The position numbers and the translations under genes were made by a program. DNA of 20,000 nucleotides from an uncultured virus (IMG/VR IMGVR_UViG_2663763181_000001) (taxonomy: Duplodnaviria > Heunggongvirae > Uroviricota > Caudoviricetes), in the IMG/VR virus record IMGVR_UViG_2663763181_000001; one strand, written 5' to 3'. The notes below the pieces were generated by a model, which saw only the letters and a program-made list of their open reading frames with translations, had not been told where the DNA came from and ran no database searches. Positions within the stretch are counted from its first letter, which is position 1. The number at the start of each line of letters is the position of its first letter. Positions 15,719 to 20,000 of the stretch are shown here, in pieces.

Positions 15719-16086
15719 CAGATTTGAATAAGGGAAGAGAGCTAGAAGCTCAAATTGAAACTTTTAAAAAAGAAGCTATGGAGCTTTGGTTTGTGCCTAA
15801 TTTAGCTGACACGTACAAAAATAAGGATCTTTTCATCTATTCAATTATAGATGGTGAAGTCTTCTTTATGCGTGAACAGGCTCGACAATTATGGAGCTTT
15901 TGTAATAAAGCCAAAGCTCAGGCGGTGCCAGAGGGTTACTGTTTGGTACCGAAAGAGATTCCAGACAGCGTTGTTAGCTGTTTAGAAAATAGTGGATTCC
16001 ATTGGGGCGATGGGACTCGTGATCATTACACGCCTATTTATTCTTTAATGGTTGAAGTGGCAAGCGAATCGGGAGCTGAGGGTTGA
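15715..16086 (+). CDS. Hypothetical phage protein
   Basis: Coupled ORF with an AQAVPEGYCLVPKE module typical of mosaic phage early proteins. Confidence 0.8.
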   Translation: MTDLNKGRELEAQIETFKKEAMELWFVPNLADTYKNKDLFIYSIIDGEVFFMREQARQLWSFCNKAKAQAVPEGYCLVPKEIPDSVVSCLENSGFHWGDGTRDHYTPIYSLMVEVASESGAEG

Positions 16087-16427
16087 TTAATCAATTAAAA
16101 CCAACTGAGATCATCCGGGATGAAATGGGTTGTTGGGTGCATCCTGAATATCTGAAATATTTGGATGACAATTATGCTGACCAAGAATGGTTGAGCCAAA
16201 GCGAATGGGATCAACTTAAGCAGCATTTCAATATTGTCACCGTTCGACTTTATTTAGAAGGGAGTGTTTCTGATGATCTATTTTTGGAGATTATGGACTC
16301 CTCAGACCTATCTAAATGGAATCCAATCGCACCGCACGGCTTTTTCTTAATAGATATTGGGTTTACGGAAGATGGTGCTGAAGCGTTGTTTGCAAAAGAA
16401 GTTAAAGCGGAAAGTAAGGAGGGGTAA
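16083..16427 (+). CDS. Hypothetical phage protein
   Basis: RDEMGCWVHP...WNPIAPHGFFLIDIGFTEDG; TTG start overlapping the prior stop. Confidence 0.8.
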   Translation: MINQLKPTEIIRDEMGCWVHPEYLKYLDDNYADQEWLSQSEWDQLKQHFNIVTVRLYLEGSVSDDLFLEIMDSSDLSKWNPIAPHGFFLIDIGFTEDGAEALFAKEVKAESKEG

Positions 16428-16697
16428 ATGTTAAAAGATCTGAGAAATCTATCTGATGCAGAGCAACAAGAATATTTGGATCGCTTCATAATGGCTAATG
16501 AAGAACAGAAGTTCCCTCAAGAAGTTGTGGCGCTTTATTTAGATTGCTCACCATGGACATTAGCCAGAATGCGTTGTGATCAATCATCACTGCCTTTTTC
16601 GAAAATTGGAAGACGTGTTTCATATAAAAAGAAAGACGTTTTAAAGTATGAGCAAAGCAGGACTGTGCTTAATACAGCGCAACTTGCAACTGTATAA
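16428..16697 (+). CDS. Excisionase-like winged HTH protein
   Basis: QEVVALYLDCSPWTLARMR...LPFSKIGRRVSYKKKDV; strong SD AAGGAGG; last gene of the left operon. Confidence 0.82.
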   Translation: MLKDLRNLSDAEQQEYLDRFIMANEEQKFPQEVVALYLDCSPWTLARMRCDQSSLPFSKIGRRVSYKKKDVLKYEQSRTVLNTAQLATV

Positions 16698-16757
16698 GGA
16701 TTCAGTTAAGAAATAATTGTAGTTTCCATGATAAATATTGGGTGACAAATAATTAAA

Positions 16758-16803
16758 ATTGCAAAAAGTTTTAGTTGACACTTTTCAAAATTTGCAATAA
16801 ATT
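16758..16803 (+). promoter_or_regulatory. Promoter of the two-gene cassette with flanking inverted repeat
   Basis: TTGACA(16775-16780)-17-TAAATT(16798-16803). Inverted repeat ATTGCAAA (16758-16765) / TTTGCAAT (16791-16798). Confidence 0.72.
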
Positions 16804-16834
16804 TTGATTGCCCAAATCTCTTTAGGACTTAATT

Positions 16835-17446
16835 ATGGATTTATCGAAGAATCCCCCTCCAAGCTATTATGATGCATCACTGAATGATGAAACATTAAGC
16901 TTTTTTGCTAACCATATGCTAGAAGTTTTTTCACAAACTACTCAAGATCTTAGTAGAAAAGATGATGATAATTACACTATCAGTTGTGCAATTTTTGGAA
17001 GATGCCGTAATAGGTTTGCTCGTGAAATTCGTAGTGGCAATGCCCCATCTCCAACATATTTAGAAGATTCTTCAAATAAATTCACCTTTAAAATTGGAAA
17101 CACACCTGGTATCCGTTTTTTTAAAGAATCTGATCATTTAAAACCGAAAAGACCAAACTTTTTTAAGCAAAGTTACAATCTAGAATTATTTGAATCTGAT
17201 TCAAAAGTTCCTGTTTTTTGGCGATTCATTTTGGTTCCAGCTAAAACTGATGACGAAGAAACATTTATCGCTTTTGTTGGTTTTAACCAGAAATTACAGC
17301 CGATTACAGCTTGGACATCTAATAAGACTTCTAGATTTATTTTTGATCCAGCGGCTATATTGCCAGAACCAGCAGAATTGAAACGCTATAATATTGATGA
17401 TCTATTAGCTGATGATGATTTAGATGATGCAAGCGGAATCAAGTAA
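16835..17446 (+). CDS. Unknown 203-aa protein, candidate toxin/effector
   Basis: SD AGGA, acidic C-terminal tail, operonic with an HTH-Zn-peptidase. Function inferred from context only. Confidence 0.75.
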   Translation: MDLSKNPPPSYYDASLNDETLSFFANHMLEVFSQTTQDLSRKDDDNYTISCAIFGRCRNRFAREIRSGNAPSPTYLEDSSNKFTFKIGNTPGIRFFKESDHLKPKRPNFFKQSYNLELFESDSKVPVFWRFILVPAKTDDEETFIAFVGFNQKLQPITAWTSNKTSRFIFDPAAILPEPAELKRYNIDDLLADDDLDDASGIK

Positions 17447-17482
17447 ATCTTCAACAGCAAATAGGCAAAAGTTGATGAGAAA

Positions 17483-18565
17483 ATGAATACTTATTTTAAT
17501 GGTCTAGAATTGCGGCTCTTACGTCAATTTAATCATTTGTCTTTAGAGGACTTATCAATTCATGTTGGTAAGTCACGCCAATTCTTGCATAAAATTGAAA
17601 TGAACCAAGTTGTTCCTACACCTGATTTAATTGATGTACTTAGCAACTTCTTCAATGTAAAAACGGATATTTTTTACAGTTCTCATCCGATTTTACAAGA
17701 AGAACAAATCAATTTTCGAAGCAACAAAACTGCCAAAATTTTTACAAAGCAATCAGTGATCGCTCAGGGTGAATATTTAAAAAGGTTAGTAGAATTTATA
17801 GAGGCAAATTTAAGGCTCCCTAAGTATTCAATACCTTCTGTTGAATCTGTAAAGAATTTTCAAGATATTGAAAATGCTGCGCTTCAATTTAGAAAATATT
17901 TTAATTTAGGGTTGGGACCTATTAGCGATATGACTCAATTAACTGAAATGCTTGGAATTTTTGTAACTACTTTTCCAAGTGTTTCAAGCGAAGTCGATGC
18001 TCTATCTATTGCATCTAAAAGACCAATCTTTGTTAATAACGAAATTAGTAGTACTTGTCGCCAGCGTTTTAATTTAGCTCATGAATTAGGACATCTTGTA
18101 CTACATGATGGTTGTGTTACAGGTGACACTCTCACTGAGTCGCAAGCGCATCGTTTTGCTAGTGCTTTACTTATTCCACAAGAAATGATGATTTCTCATT
18201 TCCGTAATTGCTTTAATGGTAGATTTAATTGGAATAAATTAAGTGAGATGAAAACAAATTGGAAAATAAGTAAGGCAGCTTTGCTCTATAGAGCTAAATC
18301 TTTAGATCTTTTAAATGAAACAAGTTATCGTAGTGGCTTTATTCATTTGAAGCGTACTGGTGAGGCTATTTTAGAATCAGAAGATCATGAAATACCTAAA
18401 GAAGTTCCAACTTTACTAAATACATGTTTCAAAGCTTTAAGTAAAAAAGGAATTTCAGCAATTGATATAGCTAATGAATTAAATATATCTCTAGATCTAT
18501 TAAATAAAATTACGCAATTAGATTTACAGCCACAAAATCCTTCTAAACTTAAATTAGTTATTTGA
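17483..18565 (+). CDS. XRE HTH fused to ImmA/IrrE (M78-type) Zn metallopeptidase
   Basis: LRLLRQFNHLSLEDLS...SRQFLHKIE HTH, RQRFNLAHELGHLVLH (HExxH) and ESQAHRFASALLIP. Confidence 0.95.
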   Translation: MNTYFNGLELRLLRQFNHLSLEDLSIHVGKSRQFLHKIEMNQVVPTPDLIDVLSNFFNVKTDIFYSSHPILQEEQINFRSNKTAKIFTKQSVIAQGEYLKRLVEFIEANLRLPKYSIPSVESVKNFQDIENAALQFRKYFNLGLGPISDMTQLTEMLGIFVTTFPSVSSEVDALSIASKRPIFVNNEISSTCRQRFNLAHELGHLVLHDGCVTGDTLTESQAHRFASALLIPQEMMISHFRNCFNGRFNWNKLSEMKTNWKISKAALLYRAKSLDLLNETSYRSGFIHLKRTGEAILESEDHEIPKEVPTLLNTCFKALSKKGISAIDIANELNISLDLLNKITQLDLQPQNPSKLKLVI

Positions 18566-18566
18566 T

Positions 18567-18593
18567 TAAAGGCGGTTTAGACCGCCTTTATTT
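18567..18593. terminator. Bidirectional terminator between the cassette and the integrase
   Basis: TAAAGGCGGT-TTAG-ACCGCCTTTA perfect 10-bp stem; the loop contains the int stop codon. Confidence 0.8.
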
Positions 18594-19839
18594 CTTTTAA
18601 TCTTTCTGCCCATACAGATTGATAATTAAAGCAATCAATCTTACCTTGATACACCGCTTCAATCATGTTCATTGAAGCTCTTAATTCCTCATCTGGAATT
18701 TGAACATATCCACCTGTCACATCAATTCTTGGTTTAGCCGTGTGATTAAGAAGTCTTTTTGTCACATAAATATTAAATCTTAAAAGGTTGCATATAGTGG
18801 CAAATGTACGGCGGAAATCATGCATTGAAACGTAATAGTCAACTTCTTTACCCACTCTATTCAATAATGTATCTACCTTAGTCGCATGCATATTCCACGA
18901 AGTAGGCATCTTAGTAGCTGGGAAAACCCAATCGTTTTCTCTTAATAACCAACGTTCACGCAAAATACTGTGTAGATGATCACCAATAGGAAAAGTATGA
19001 TCTGAACCATTTTTGGTATCTCTAAAAGTTAAAGTACCATTTTTAATATCTACATCAGCCCACTTTAAGCAACATGCCTCCTGTTTACGGCATCCCGTAT
19101 ACATGCACATCAATACGATATCCCGATGCGTGTTTGACCTAGCAGTATTTTCCAGATTCAACTCATCTTCATAATGAAGCACCGCATTGTAATATTTGTG
19201 AATGATGTCTTTATGGAGATGTCTATCCCTACTTGCTATTTTATTCCAACCTCTGGTTACGGAAATAATGTCAACTGGATTACTTTTAAGAATCGGGTTC
19301 TCATCTGTTGAATAAAGAACATGAATATACTTCCATAAGGTACCTAAAAGAGATACAGCACCATTTGCTGACGACTCACTTACTTCTGATACCTCAATAA
19401 ATCGATCCAGTACTTCTTGCTTAGATATCTGGAAAAGCTTTTTGTTGCCCCACCCCAAATATAAATCAAAGTACTTACGGTACTGCCTAATTGTTTTTGG
19501 TCTAAAGTCATTTCTATCAATATAAATTTGAAGAGCTTCATTCACTGTAATATCTAAAGGATTAGCAACATTCTTTAATTTGATAGGCTTTTCATATTCA
19601 TTGTTTGAAATTTTCGCCAGGATCATCTGAGCTTTTGCTCGAGCATTTGTTGCAGGAATATCGGTAGTTTTACCAATTGTCACTCGATAGAGTTCACCTT
19701 CATGCCTCCTTTCAACAATATAGGTTTTACTTTTATTAGTTACCCGAACAGCAAAACCGATCAGTTCTGCATCTCTATATATTTTTTGACCTTTTTCAGT
19801 TAATGGAATAGCATCAACAGTAGATTTGTTGAGTTTCAT
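18577..19839 (-). CDS. int: Tyrosine integrase with N-terminal arm-binding domain
   Basis: TGCRKQE (R), DTKNG (K), HDFRRT (HxxR), LLNH (H) and GGYV (Y). N-terminal YRDAELIGFAVRV...RVTIG. Confidence 0.96.
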   Translation of the reverse strand: MKLNKSTVDAIPLTEKGQKIYRDAELIGFAVRVTNKSKTYIVERRHEGELYRVTIGKTTDIPATNARAKAQMILAKISNNEYEKPIKLKNVANPLDITVNEALQIYIDRNDFRPKTIRQYRKYFDLYLGWGNKKLFQISKQEVLDRFIEVSEVSESSANGAVSLLGTLWKYIHVLYSTDENPILKSNPVDIISVTRGWNKIASRDRHLHKDIIHKYYNAVLHYEDELNLENTARSNTHRDIVLMCMYTGCRKQEACCLKWADVDIKNGTLTFRDTKNGSDHTFPIGDHLHSILRERWLLRENDWVFPATKMPTSWNMHATKVDTLLNRVGKEVDYYVSMHDFRRTFATICNLLRFNIYVTKRLLNHTAKPRIDVTGGYVQIPDEELRASMNMIEAVYQGKIDCFNYQSVWAERLKEIKAV

Positions 19840-19886
19840 GTCTTAAACCTGTTTTAGCGAAATTTGATTTAACCATGTTTCTCAAC

Positions 19887-19906
19887 AGTCTACAAATAGT
19901 CTACAA
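19887..19906. repeat. Putative integrase arm-type binding sites
   Basis: AGTCTACAA direct repeat at 19887-19895 and 19898-19906 (11-bp period), upstream of int. Confidence 0.6.
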
Positions 19907-20000
19907 GCTTTTTCAGTTAACAATAAAATACGTCATTTTTTGATTATAAATTATTGTTTTCATTTACTTTAATAAAAATACAAAAACCACAGGTATATTA

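Larger units (their letters stand above)
1..20000. mobile_element. Temperate prophage, early region plus integration module (continues beyond the left edge; att end probably near the right edge)
   Basis: Divergent cI/cro switch, initiator + DnaC-like loader, RusA-like gene, excisionase-like HTH and tyrosine integrase, with dense ATGA-overlapped small genes. Confidence 0.96.

Noticed and set aside
16250..17381. ORFs 16250..16489 (-) and 17190..17381 (+)
   Set aside because: Overlap better-supported genes and have no motifs.

Overview
This window is the early and integration half of a temperate lambdoid-type prophage. The host is probably Acinetobacter, inferred from AT-richness and protein style without a database check. 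On the minus strand, the PR-type operon runs cro, a cII-position gene, several small genes, an ASCH-like protein, an HNH nuclease, a C5 DNA methyltransferase, a replication initiator with internal repeats, a DnaC-like loader and a Zn-finger protein. A decayed gene, an AT-rich accessory island (about 540-2050) and a RusA-like resolvase running off the left edge follow. On the plus strand are cI (HTH + S24), one gene co-transcribed with it, and the PL-type operon (YfdP/YfdQ-like pair, ExoX-like exonuclease, Ead/Ea22-like protein, excisionase-like HTH). After the excisionase comes a self-promoted two-gene cassette (unknown 203 aa + HTH-ImmA/IrrE Zn-peptidase, RosmerTA-like). A convergent tyrosine integrase with att-arm-like repeats lies at the right edge. 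Five copies of a 16-bp operator palindrome mark the immunity region. The most interesting items are the xis-int cassette (candidate defence/TA system), the island's unannotated 31-aa membrane peptide gene converging on a predicted ~78-nt sRNA, twin covarying terminator-like RNA elements in the left operon, and an OOP-like antisense RNA. All calls come from reading the sequence by eye.
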